From positions 1 to 64,000 of IMG/VR virus record IMGVR_UViG_3300045107_000440: 64,000 bases of DNA, one strand, 5' to 3'. How positions within the stretch are numbered: the stretch's first letter is position 1; every line of letters starts with the position of its first letter. Below the pieces are notes generated by a model. It was not told the DNA's origin and did no database searches. It saw only the letters and a list, made by a program, of their open reading frames with translations. Shown here piece by piece: positions 9,653 to 18,506 of the stretch. Made by a program: the position numbers and the translations under genes. Source of the DNA: a virus.

Positions 9653-12600
9653 TCGTAATAGAGAAAGTTAACGCCACGGGTTTAAACACCGACATCGCGC
9701 CTGACGCTATTGAGAAACTTGGCGGGGATCGGAAGATTGTAAATCCTATTTTGGACTGCCTTAATAAAAGGTATGTAAGTTCCGACAATGGACAGTCGTA
9801 TAAGATTGAAAATATTAAAGGCACAGTTCTTAAAAGCATTGGCCTTTCTTCCGGCACTAATAAATGTATAGGAGCCTACGAAGATTATCTGAATAATCAG
9901 GTTATCAACTGGGTCTACAACAGTAACGGAAACCACTGCGTGGTGGCCTACAGCCCTGAGACGGATGCCGTTACTTTCCTTTTGCAAAATGTTTCATCGT
10001 TAAATTTTCAATCCAACGGACGTAAGATATCTGCCGGAGTGATAGGCGATCTTCTGTATTGGAGCGATGGATTTAATGACAGTCGTGTAATTAACATGAC
10101 CAGAAGTTATTCCTACACTGGCTTTGACATCTCTCATATTACGCTGGCTAAAATTCAGCCGGTAAATAAACCTACGTTTGGAGGCACTTTTGCCGCGGCC
10201 CTTAATGACAGCGTGCACCCAAGGATAGTTCGGGTCTACGATTCGGCTATTACCGTAAATAGAATTTACAACAAAAACTTCCAATTCGCCTACAGGTGGA
10301 AGTTTTTGGATGACGAATATTCTTTGTTGTCTCCTTTCTCAGACATGAACTACGGGGAATATTTCCCTATGAACTTCCAGGATACCGCCAATGTGTTCAA
10401 ATACACCTATGGAAATAAAATACATGTGACGGTATTGATGCCGGACAATGCAGATAAACTATTGAAGCAGGTTGAAATCTTAGTGAGGGAAAACAATACC
10501 GGTAATTGGAAGATTTGGAGGATATTTCGCTCCAATGAATTTATAAACTCCGGCATAACATTCACCCCGCTATCAGATTACTTTACCGGAGCGGAGCCAC
10601 TGAGTGACGTAGATCAATCCCAGACTTCAAAGTTATCTGAGTCGATCCCTAATTTCTCAACGGCCTTATGTGTGCACAAAAACCGCGTGTTCTGTGTCGA
10701 TGACGAAGAAGGGTTTGACGTGCAAAAAAGTGTTCCGGTTTTAAACTTGTCTACCTTCAGTTATTTGCAGGCGGGAGTGGCGGCATTTGCCAACGGAGGG
10801 TACAGTGTTAAAGGAAATTTGTCTACCGGATGGGTGGCAACGAGCACCACGTCATTTACCGTGACCATAAAGAAAGTGGGTACTACTTTTACCGTGAGTG
10901 GCGCTTCGGCATTTGCTAACATGGTTGGATCAAGGGTGGAGTTAAGAAACAGCGGGCTTGGAGTTTACTGCACGGGAATCGTGACCGCCTACAATAGTTC
11001 GTCTTCTATTGACATCCATGTTGATATCATTTACACCGGCGCTGGCGTAACGGCAAGTAGCTGGAATATCAAAGGTGTTGTTGACACGTACAAAACTTAC
11101 TGGAAGTCAGGCGGGGTGTTTAATATTGGCCTGGCGGTGTTTGATGCCAGGATGCGACCGATGGGTATCATATCAAAATCTACGGTAAGAATACCAGATG
11201 CTCAGTACAATGGGTCTTCACCGGCTCAGTTCTTTGTTGACAACTTGCTCAATGTTGCCATAGCAGGAAATCTTGGAGGTACGCCAAAGGCAAAATATTA
11301 TTCATTGTGCGCCTCGGCTGATCAGCGATACTCGGCATATCATCGAAGCATGGTGGAAGTGATGTTTTATAAGTTTGATGCGCCTACCAATTACACCCCT
11401 AGTTCAAGCGAATACATTTATAATGGGATGGTGTTTTATAAAACAGCGCCAACCTTCACTTCTCCGGTTGCTGCAAAATTATATTTCAGGCTTCCCAGGG
11501 AATTCCCCATTGTGATGGATACCAGTTGGAAAATCAGACTTACGTCAATTTACCAGTACTTCAATGGCACTGAGGGCAATTTGTACGATGCGAATTTGCT
11601 GGCTTTGGCTGGTGATGTGGTGAAGACAAATTCTGATTTTGGAATCAGTGGAAATGGATCGACAATTAATTACACGACATTCATGCCTTACTTTGGAGAC
11701 CGTACAAGAAACAGGTATACCGTACAGGCTGAATTTTACAAAGAGGCAGATGTTTCTCCTGAGTTTTATGAAATCACCGATAGATACTCCATTGACAACA
11801 GCGGAAATCTTTCGGTAACAAATTTTAATAAGATACAAGGAAACACATACGTGCTTCCTCAGATCTATTTAAACTTCGATGGGTTCACAATTCCATACAC
11901 TACGAATATCTCGGCTTTTAAACCTTATATAAATGCAGCGCAGGGAGCAAAAGCAGATGCAGCGGTGGATATCACGAATGTAGAATCTCAAACTCCTATT
12001 TCAACTCAATTATCAACGCAAGATTCTCCTTTTATTTCCGCTGCTTTTTCATTCATTATCGAAATCGATTTTCCTGCCAGCGGGCGACCCGGGCAAAAGT
12101 CTGTTGCATCCGATTATCAAAAAATAGCATGGCGGCAAGGGAAGTCATTTATTGAATTGATCGATAAAGTAAAATCCACCAGGACAAGCGTCATTCGATT
12201 CAGTAACAAGTTCGTTCAGGCCTCAAAGATAAATGGATTGAGTGCCTTTGACTCCGGTGACCAACACACTGTTTCATTGGACAGGGGGGATATCATGCGA
12301 TTGGTTTCCTTGTCAAATAATATTCTTTGCGTCCACTCTTGGGCGTCTACCGTACTCTACACAGAAGAGGGATTGTTAAGAACAGCCGATGACAATTCTA
12401 CTTTGATAAAAAGCGGAGAAGTTATTGGCCACGACAGGGCTTTACAAGGAGGATATGGAACAATACATCCTGAGTCAATTGCTCAGTATGATAATCTTGT
12501 TTTCGGCTGGGACAACTACCAGGGAGTAGTGTGGCAATACACCAACGAAGGACAGCAGGATGTAAGCTCCTTCGGTATGCGCGAGTACTTCAGACAAAAA

Positions 12601-13251
12601 CAGTTGTTGATCAATAAGGATTCTGGTGCCCGCGTGTACGGCATGATTGATCCGTTTCATAACGAGTACATCATTACTTTCTCCTTCACGGACACGACCA
12701 AGAATCAAACGCTGGCCTACAACTTCACCAAAAACCAGTGGACCACGAGGTATTCATTTATACCGGAAATGGGCGTGACGCTGAATAAACTGATGATCTC
12801 ATTTAAGAGCGGACAGCTTTACATCCATAATCAGGATTCGGTGAACTACAACCGTTTCTACGGTGTGAACTACCAGGCTTTTATCAAGATTGCTGTCAAC
12901 CCAGCCCCCACAAGGGTGAAGAACTGGGCGGGACTGCAATTGTCATGTGACGCCCTGACCTCTTCCTCAAACCCGGATTTTAAGGTAATCGAGGTATTCA
13001 CCCCGGAAGGCCAATACAGTTTTCTCATGCCAGATGAATTCGATTTGTATGAAAAAACGTATTACGGCAGCATTTTCCGCGATGTAAACACTCCGGCCGT
13101 GCTGATCCCGGCAGGGAAACTTGCCAGAATGGACGGGGATGATGTGAAAAGTAAGTACCTGATTGTTCAAATAAATGAAGACGTAGCCCCGACAAAGAAC
13201 AGCATACAGCAGTTGAATGTCACTTACGTCTCAAGTGAGTATAGTAGGTAA
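9649..13251 (+). CDS. large virion structural protein (1200 aa)
   Basis: Long uninterrupted ORF in the structural operon; no motif recognised by eye. Contains copy 1 of the 33-nt repeat (12061-12093). Confidence 0.7.
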   Translation: MIVIEKVNATGLNTDIAPDAIEKLGGDRKIVNPILDCLNKRYVSSDNGQSYKIENIKGTVLKSIGLSSGTNKCIGAYEDYLNNQVINWVYNSNGNHCVVAYSPETDAVTFLLQNVSSLNFQSNGRKISAGVIGDLLYWSDGFNDSRVINMTRSYSYTGFDISHITLAKIQPVNKPTFGGTFAAALNDSVHPRIVRVYDSAITVNRIYNKNFQFAYRWKFLDDEYSLLSPFSDMNYGEYFPMNFQDTANVFKYTYGNKIHVTVLMPDNADKLLKQVEILVRENNTGNWKIWRIFRSNEFINSGITFTPLSDYFTGAEPLSDVDQSQTSKLSESIPNFSTALCVHKNRVFCVDDEEGFDVQKSVPVLNLSTFSYLQAGVAAFANGGYSVKGNLSTGWVATSTTSFTVTIKKVGTTFTVSGASAFANMVGSRVELRNSGLGVYCTGIVTAYNSSSSIDIHVDIIYTGAGVTASSWNIKGVVDTYKTYWKSGGVFNIGLAVFDARMRPMGIISKSTVRIPDAQYNGSSPAQFFVDNLLNVAIAGNLGGTPKAKYYSLCASADQRYSAYHRSMVEVMFYKFDAPTNYTPSSSEYIYNGMVFYKTAPTFTSPVAAKLYFRLPREFPIVMDTSWKIRLTSIYQYFNGTEGNLYDANLLALAGDVVKTNSDFGISGNGSTINYTTFMPYFGDRTRNRYTVQAEFYKEADVSPEFYEITDRYSIDNSGNLSVTNFNKIQGNTYVLPQIYLNFDGFTIPYTTNISAFKPYINAAQGAKADAAVDITNVESQTPISTQLSTQDSPFISAAFSFIIEIDFPASGRPGQKSVASDYQKIAWRQGKSFIELIDKVKSTRTSVIRFSNKFVQASKINGLSAFDSGDQHTVSLDRGDIMRLVSLSNNILCVHSWASTVLYTEEGLLRTADDNSTLIKSGEVIGHDRALQGGYGTIHPESIAQYDNLVFGWDNYQGVVWQYTNEGQQDVSSFGMREYFRQKQLLINKDSGARVYGMIDPFHNEYIITFSFTDTTKNQTLAYNFTKNQWTTRYSFIPEMGVTLNKLMISFKSGQLYIHNQDSVNYNRFYGVNYQAFIKIAVNPAPTRVKNWAGLQLSCDALTSSSNPDFKVIEVFTPEGQYSFLMPDEFDLYEKTYYGSIFRDVNTPAVLIPAGKLARMDGDDVKSKYLIVQINEDVAPTKNSIQQLNVTYVSSEYSR
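12061..12093 (+). repeat. 33-nt repeat, copy 1 (inside the 1200-aa structural gene)
   Basis: gaaatcgattttcctgccagcgggcgacccggg; codes for EIDFPASGRPG. Confidence 0.9.
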
Positions 13252-13279
13252 AAATGTAAAATAATTTAACATTTTAAAC

Positions 13280-13287
13280 TATTTTTG
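13280..13287 (+). promoter_or_regulatory. -7 box TATTTTTG (TAnnTTTG type)
   Basis: Lies 4 nt upstream of ATG 13292, in the only gap of the virion operon. Confidence 0.4.
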
Positions 13288-13291
13288 TCGC

Positions 13292-13903
13292 ATGGACCCT
13301 CTAACAATCGCCTCTCTCGGTCTTGGCCTCGGCCAACTGGTATTCGGTGCCAAGCAAAGGGCTGATGCCGACAGCCTGAAGGCCAGTAATTACATCCCTC
13401 CAGCAGCGGTAGAAAATCAAAAGCTGGCGCAGTTGATGAATAATTCTACGATGTACCCAGGGCAGGAAGCCGACAAGGCGGCTTTGGACAGGAATATGTC
13501 AAATACCATAGGGGTAGCCAACAGAACGTCCAAAAGCGGTTCCGACATTCTCAACCTGGCCGGGGCGCTCAATACCCAGAAGAACAACGCGGTAATGGAT
13601 ATGTCCAAGCGTTTTGCGCAGTACAAAAATCAGGCTTTGAGCAATCTGATGAATGCCAACAGTCAAGTAGCAGGATATCAAAATCAAAACCAGCAGCAGT
13701 ATCTCTCGACAAAGAGGTCGCTGATTGATGCCGGAAACAGGAACATCTACGGTGGTTTAAGCAATGCCGCTACCTCAATAGCCTTGAGTAAAACAGGGTT
13801 CCCTTCGTACAATGGAAATCCGCTTTATAGGAGCCTGAATCGCTGGGATGCCTCCCAGATGGGAGATTACAATTTGCCTGATCAATCTCAAATGTTTGGA
13901 TAA
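13292..13903 (+). CDS. Q/N-rich hypothetical protein
   Basis: Track ORF. TATTTTTG box at 13280-13287, 4 nt before the ATG. Confidence 0.6.
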   Translation: MDPLTIASLGLGLGQLVFGAKQRADADSLKASNYIPPAAVENQKLAQLMNNSTMYPGQEADKAALDRNMSNTIGVANRTSKSGSDILNLAGALNTQKNNAVMDMSKRFAQYKNQALSNLMNANSQVAGYQNQNQQQYLSTKRSLIDAGNRNIYGGLSNAATSIALSKTGFPSYNGNPLYRSLNRWDASQMGDYNLPDQSQMFG

Positions 13904-15666
13904 TGGCCGATGTATATGACATTAACGAAGCCCCCACGGTCCTTCAAGGCCCGGCAAACCCGCTCTCGATTTACCTGAATCAGCAGGCACAAAGGGCCAG
14001 AAATCAATACAATCAGGACCGCCTTAACTACCAGGCGCAGCAGGCCCGCGAGAAAGGATTTGGTGACTTGATGAAGATGGATCTTACCAAGCCCGGGTAC
14101 TTCCAGCGCGAGCAGTCGGTAAATGAAGAAAATGACTATCGCAAGAAAATCGCGGACATGTATTTCAATAACCCGAACATCAGCCCCAATGAAGTTCGGT
14201 ACATGACGCAGGATGCCCGATCAGAGGTCGAGAGGAAGAGAGCCAAAAGAATGGAAATCGGGGACACCTTGAAAAATGTAATGGACGTAGCCAAGAAGGA
14301 CAAAAACATTGATCCCACGGCTTTGGCTAATGTCATGATGCGCGAGCATAACGACTTTGACCCCAAGAGCGGAAGTCTCACCCCGAAGGAAATTGATCAG
14401 ATTGACCGCGAGAAGCTTGCTGATACCGTCAATCACCCGAGCGTATACAAAGCAGATTCGGCAATCATGGATTTTGCCAATAAGCTGAAGAGTGGCATTT
14501 CAGAAGGTAAGGTGGGGCCGGAGTTTGCGCAGGCGCTAGGCACTGCCCGCGAGGGGATATTTGGAAAGATGAAGTTTTTCCAGACCGATGCCAACGGAAA
14601 CATTTTACGTGACGACAAGGGAATGCCTATTCCTGGTATCTCTCAGAACCTTATTGATTACGTGAAAGAAGCTGATCCCAAGATTGAAAGCAAATATCTC
14701 TGGGAGATAGCCCGCCAACAGCATGAGGCAGCAGGAGGGAACCCCGATGATCTTCAATCGATAGACAAAATCTACGAACACATTGCTTTTGACCCTGACC
14801 AGAAAGAAAAATATCAGCCGATGGTTGATCAACGGATTAAACAAGCGCTAGGGGTTCATCAGAGACTTGAGCACAGCCAGAAAATCACGAGCACCGGGAC
14901 ATTTAAGAAAAATAATGGAGTGAACACCGAGCCTGAGACATCATTTGTCGGAGGTGGAGATGGTGAACTTCGTGACTTCTCAAAGATCGATCAAGGTGAC
15001 AAGACCATTGGATTTAAAAATCAGGACATCGGATTCACCGGCAGTGACAAGTTCATTCAGTTCGCGCCAGTAAAAGGCGGGGAGAAAAATGCCTATGGTC
15101 GATTCACGGGTTTCAGAACCAACCCGACTACGGGAGCTAAAGAAATGGTGATGGCCGTGAAGTCCTTTGATGCCAATGGAAACATCGCGGAGGTTCCAAC
15201 GTATGTACCTTATGACGAAGCCACATTGAATCACGTGAAGACAAGTTTAAAGACCAAGGCCGACCAGGAGAAATTCGATAAAGTAAGAAAACAATTCAAC
15301 GAGGATTTCAAAAACCGCGAGGAATATAAGTTGGATGATAGCAAATTGGATTCCGACACGAATCAAATTGTAGATTACTACAACAAGAATAAAGACAAAG
15401 TTGGAAGTGAGGAATTCAATCAGGGATTCCAAGGTCTTATAAATCAACTTGGTCTTGATAAAGGAGTCAAGTCAAATAAAACTTTCTGGTGGTTTAATCC
15501 CAATGAGATTACGATCGGAGATCAGACAATTCCCGTCACCGACAAGGAAAAGATAAAGCAAGTTCTTTACGATTCTCAAAAAGGTCGTTACAAGAAACTG
15601 GTTGAAAAAGGGACGTCTAACAAAGAGTTCTCTTCAAGTAAAGGAGGAAAATTTGATAACTTGTAA
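13903..15666 (+). CDS. virion-module hypothetical protein (587 aa)
   Basis: Track ORF; start overlaps the upstream stop. Confidence 0.65.
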   Translation: MADVYDINEAPTVLQGPANPLSIYLNQQAQRARNQYNQDRLNYQAQQAREKGFGDLMKMDLTKPGYFQREQSVNEENDYRKKIADMYFNNPNISPNEVRYMTQDARSEVERKRAKRMEIGDTLKNVMDVAKKDKNIDPTALANVMMREHNDFDPKSGSLTPKEIDQIDREKLADTVNHPSVYKADSAIMDFANKLKSGISEGKVGPEFAQALGTAREGIFGKMKFFQTDANGNILRDDKGMPIPGISQNLIDYVKEADPKIESKYLWEIARQQHEAAGGNPDDLQSIDKIYEHIAFDPDQKEKYQPMVDQRIKQALGVHQRLEHSQKITSTGTFKKNNGVNTEPETSFVGGGDGELRDFSKIDQGDKTIGFKNQDIGFTGSDKFIQFAPVKGGEKNAYGRFTGFRTNPTTGAKEMVMAVKSFDANGNIAEVPTYVPYDEATLNHVKTSLKTKADQEKFDKVRKQFNEDFKNREEYKLDDSKLDSDTNQIVDYYNKNKDKVGSEEFNQGFQGLINQLGLDKGVKSNKTFWWFNPNEITIGDQTIPVTDKEKIKQVLYDSQKGRYKKLVEKGTSNKEFSSSKGGKFDNL

Positions 15667-18008
15667 TGGGCAAAAAACAAAACATATCGCCCGCTGAAAG
15701 ACTGTACAATGGACTGGTGAAAGAGCAATTGTACACCAAGTCTTTCGATGAATTTCAGCGACAATTTGAGTCGCCTGAAAGCGCTCAGAAATTACATGCC
15801 GGGCTTCAAGAACAAAAGCTTTACACGAAGTCCTTTGATGACTTTCAAAATCAATTTGGCTTAGGGTTAAAAAAAAAAAAAGAGTCGAATTCTCAGCTTC
15901 CTTCTGGCGTGGCTGCACCCGAGCCATCACCCTATACTTTAGAAGGCCAGATCGATCCCAACAAGCCGATGCCAAAGGTCAAGAGTGGAGTGCCAAAGGC
16001 CTTAGAAGATCAGCAATATCAACAACTGCAGCAAGATACTGAGGAAGGTAACTTCGGTATCAAAAGCCCTGTCAGTCCCGGGTACAAACCAGGGGTGATG
16101 CCTGACGTACTAAAATCCGATGAGAAGCGCGCGAAAGACGTGGTTAAAAACTTTCAGGCCGAGATCACGGGGAAATATGAGCCGGAAAGCGCCCTTGATG
16201 AATTTACGGCCGACCTTTCCCAGGTAGCCCCTTCCTTTAATAAAGGGGCGCTCACAGCGGTATCTACCATCCCCAAGGGATTTGCCATATTGACCAAAGG
16301 AGTATCGGATTTATTAGGGGTAAAAGTGCCGGAGGCCAAAGAACTGGCATCTTATAAACTAGGTGATTGGCTTGATAAAAAAGCCGAGGAAATTGGGGTC
16401 ACTGCCTTGGATGAAAAGCGCCATGGGTTCCTTAATTCCACACTCCCCCAAGCCTTTGGCCAAATGATTGGGATGATGATGACCGGAGGCACCTCTGCCG
16501 AAGGTAATGCTATGGTGCAGCCTACCGTTGCCCAGCAATTTGGACGGACAATCACCAGCGGCCCGGCACTGAGCGGAGCGCTGCAATCGGCTGTTCCGGA
16601 ATACGAGGCAGCAAAGAAAGCGGGGAAAAGCGATAGTGAGGCTTTTTCAGTGTTTTTGAAAAACATTCCCGGAGGGTTGACCGAAGTAGTGCCGGTGGCC
16701 AATATGTTCACCAGGTTAAATAAAATGACCGGCAGCGGTATTCTGAATGCCATAAAGCAAGGTACAGCCCAGAGTCTTGAAGAAGGAACGCAGGAGGCGG
16801 TGCAGCAGTACCTAACCAATAAAGTTGCGCAAGGAACGTATGATCCCAAACGTGATCTGAAAGAAGGGATGCTCGAAGGAGCTGGCGCGGGATTCATCGT
16901 GGGGTTTGTGATGCCAGGTGTCATGGGTGCCATGCAGAACATGAGCACCGAAGAAAGATCGGACACCAAGAAGATGTTGCTTGATTATCTGCAAACAAAA
17001 AATAAAGACAATGCCACAAGTGTACGAACAGATCAGGAATCAAAACCTCAAGGAGGGAATGAGTCTGAAAGCGGCCAAAACCAAGGCAGCAAAAATCTAC
17101 AATTGGATCAGGTCAAAACAGAAGGCGAAGGGAAAAACAATGGAGCCCTTGAACAGCCATCACAAAACGCCAGCGAAAGTAATTTACAGTCAGATCAGGA
17201 GAAAAAAGTAGGCATTCCTGTCGATGATGAAACGGCAAATAAAATTGCATCGATTGAAACTAAGCTGAAAGACTTTTACAAAAATGCGAAAGGTGAAAAA
17301 CCAAAGGAGGTGACCGATCTTGAGAAGGAGATTAAGTCTCTTCGATCGAAGATGAAAATTCCGGTAAATGAAGTATTCAAATTATCGAAGAAGGAAAAGC
17401 CATCTCCTGATTACCTGTCGCCATTTGTTGAAAAGGAAATTGATGTAAACAAAATTGTTCCTACTCAGGATGCCATTAGTAAAAACTATGTGCCTACGCC
17501 TGGTGATGAAAATCCGAGCATGATCAAAGTGAAAGATAAATACTTTGTCAGCGATGGGCATCATAGGATTGCGGATCAGATTTTGAAAGGCGCGGATAAA
17601 GTAAAAGTGAGGGTAAGATATACCAATAAGACGGAGTATGACAGAGAATCAGCTACGCAGGCAGTTCGTGAGCCTGTTCAACAGCTTAAAGAAGAACCCA
17701 AAGAATCAACAGGTAAAGAACCAGTACGAGAAAATAAAATTGAACCTGTACCTGATACGACAGAACCCGCTCAATTAACTGAGTCAAAAGATATTTCAAA
17801 ATCCACGGATGTTTTCAAACAGGCATTTGACATGCACGAATCGATGAATGCCGCTGAAAGCCGGGGGAAGAAAACAAAAATCAAGAAACAAATTCAGGAG
17901 TTTTTGAAAGATCACCCATCGGTTCAAAAGATATACAACAAACTTCCGGAGATATATAAGCACCTGGAAGAAAAAGGAATTATCAAACGTAAAGGCGATT
18001 GCCCGTAA
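15666..18008 (+). CDS. large virion-module protein with C-terminal ParB/sulfiredoxin-like domain
   Basis: IVPTQDAISKNYV...YFVSDGHHRIADQILKG carries the DGHHR signature of ParB N-terminal-type domains. An A13 tract lies at 15869-15881. Confidence 0.65.
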   Translation: MGKKQNISPAERLYNGLVKEQLYTKSFDEFQRQFESPESAQKLHAGLQEQKLYTKSFDDFQNQFGLGLKKKKESNSQLPSGVAAPEPSPYTLEGQIDPNKPMPKVKSGVPKALEDQQYQQLQQDTEEGNFGIKSPVSPGYKPGVMPDVLKSDEKRAKDVVKNFQAEITGKYEPESALDEFTADLSQVAPSFNKGALTAVSTIPKGFAILTKGVSDLLGVKVPEAKELASYKLGDWLDKKAEEIGVTALDEKRHGFLNSTLPQAFGQMIGMMMTGGTSAEGNAMVQPTVAQQFGRTITSGPALSGALQSAVPEYEAAKKAGKSDSEAFSVFLKNIPGGLTEVVPVANMFTRLNKMTGSGILNAIKQGTAQSLEEGTQEAVQQYLTNKVAQGTYDPKRDLKEGMLEGAGAGFIVGFVMPGVMGAMQNMSTEERSDTKKMLLDYLQTKNKDNATSVRTDQESKPQGGNESESGQNQGSKNLQLDQVKTEGEGKNNGALEQPSQNASESNLQSDQEKKVGIPVDDETANKIASIETKLKDFYKNAKGEKPKEVTDLEKEIKSLRSKMKIPVNEVFKLSKKEKPSPDYLSPFVEKEIDVNKIVPTQDAISKNYVPTPGDENPSMIKVKDKYFVSDGHHRIADQILKGADKVKVRVRYTNKTEYDRESATQAVREPVQQLKEEPKESTGKEPVRENKIEPVPDTTEPAQLTESKDISKSTDVFKQAFDMHESMNAAESRGKKTKIKKQIQEFLKDHPSVQKIYNKLPEIYKHLEEKGIIKRKGDCP
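15869..15881 (+). repeat. A13 homopolymer inside the 780-aa gene
   Basis: tta aaa aaa aaa aaa gag; codes for KKKK. Confidence 0.9.
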
Positions 18009-18014
18009 AAAACC

Positions 18015-18506
18015 ATGAAACCAAATCAGTTACCAAAGGAAATTGTAGCCATTCTTCTTCCTCGCTTGAAGGATGAACACACGGCACATTACTTCTATCG
18101 CGCGGCCTCCAACTGGTGCAAAAACGTTGGCTACTTTGTAGCCGCTGAATACTTTTTCAAAGAAAGCGAAGACGAATTGACTCACGCCAAAAAACTGGAA
18201 GACTTTCTGGTGGATTGGAATGTCGTTCCTCAGCTTCCGGCATTGGATAAACCAAAGACGGAATTCAAAAGTCTTCTTGATTTAATTCAGCAGGCGTACA
18301 AAATAGAATACGATCTGTACACCGAGTACGAAGAGGATTCAACAAAAGTCGCCAAGACCGGAGACTACTGCGTGTTTGACCTTCTCCAATTCTTTCGAAC
18401 CACTCAAAAAGAAAGCGTGGCTCAGTACAGCGATATGTTAAATCTCCTGGAAGGAGTAGAGGACAATAAATTCAATATGCTCCTGTTGGAAAAAAAATTA
18501 TTCTAA
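18015..18506 (+). CDS. ferritin-like protein
   Basis: Aligns by eye to bacterial FtnA. Ferroxidase ligand positions are conserved: E in LKDEHTAHYFY, ExxH in SEDELTHAKKL, E in AYKIEYDLY, QxxE in TTQKESVAQY. Confidence 0.7.
   Translation: MKPNQLPKEIVAILLPRLKDEHTAHYFYRAASNWCKNVGYFVAAEYFFKESEDELTHAKKLEDFLVDWNVVPQLPALDKPKTEFKSLLDLIQQAYKIEYDLYTEYEEDSTKVAKTGDYCVFDLLQFFRTTQKESVAQYSDMLNLLEGVEDNKFNMLLLEKKLF

Noticed and set aside
16352-16969. 205-aa minus-strand ORF inside the 780-aa gene. The same applies to 32511..33125 inside the portal gene and 7582..8133 opposite 7606..8235.
   Set aside because: Each is fully contained in a longer ORF that belongs to a tightly coupled operon on the other strand. 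None has a promoter or start context.
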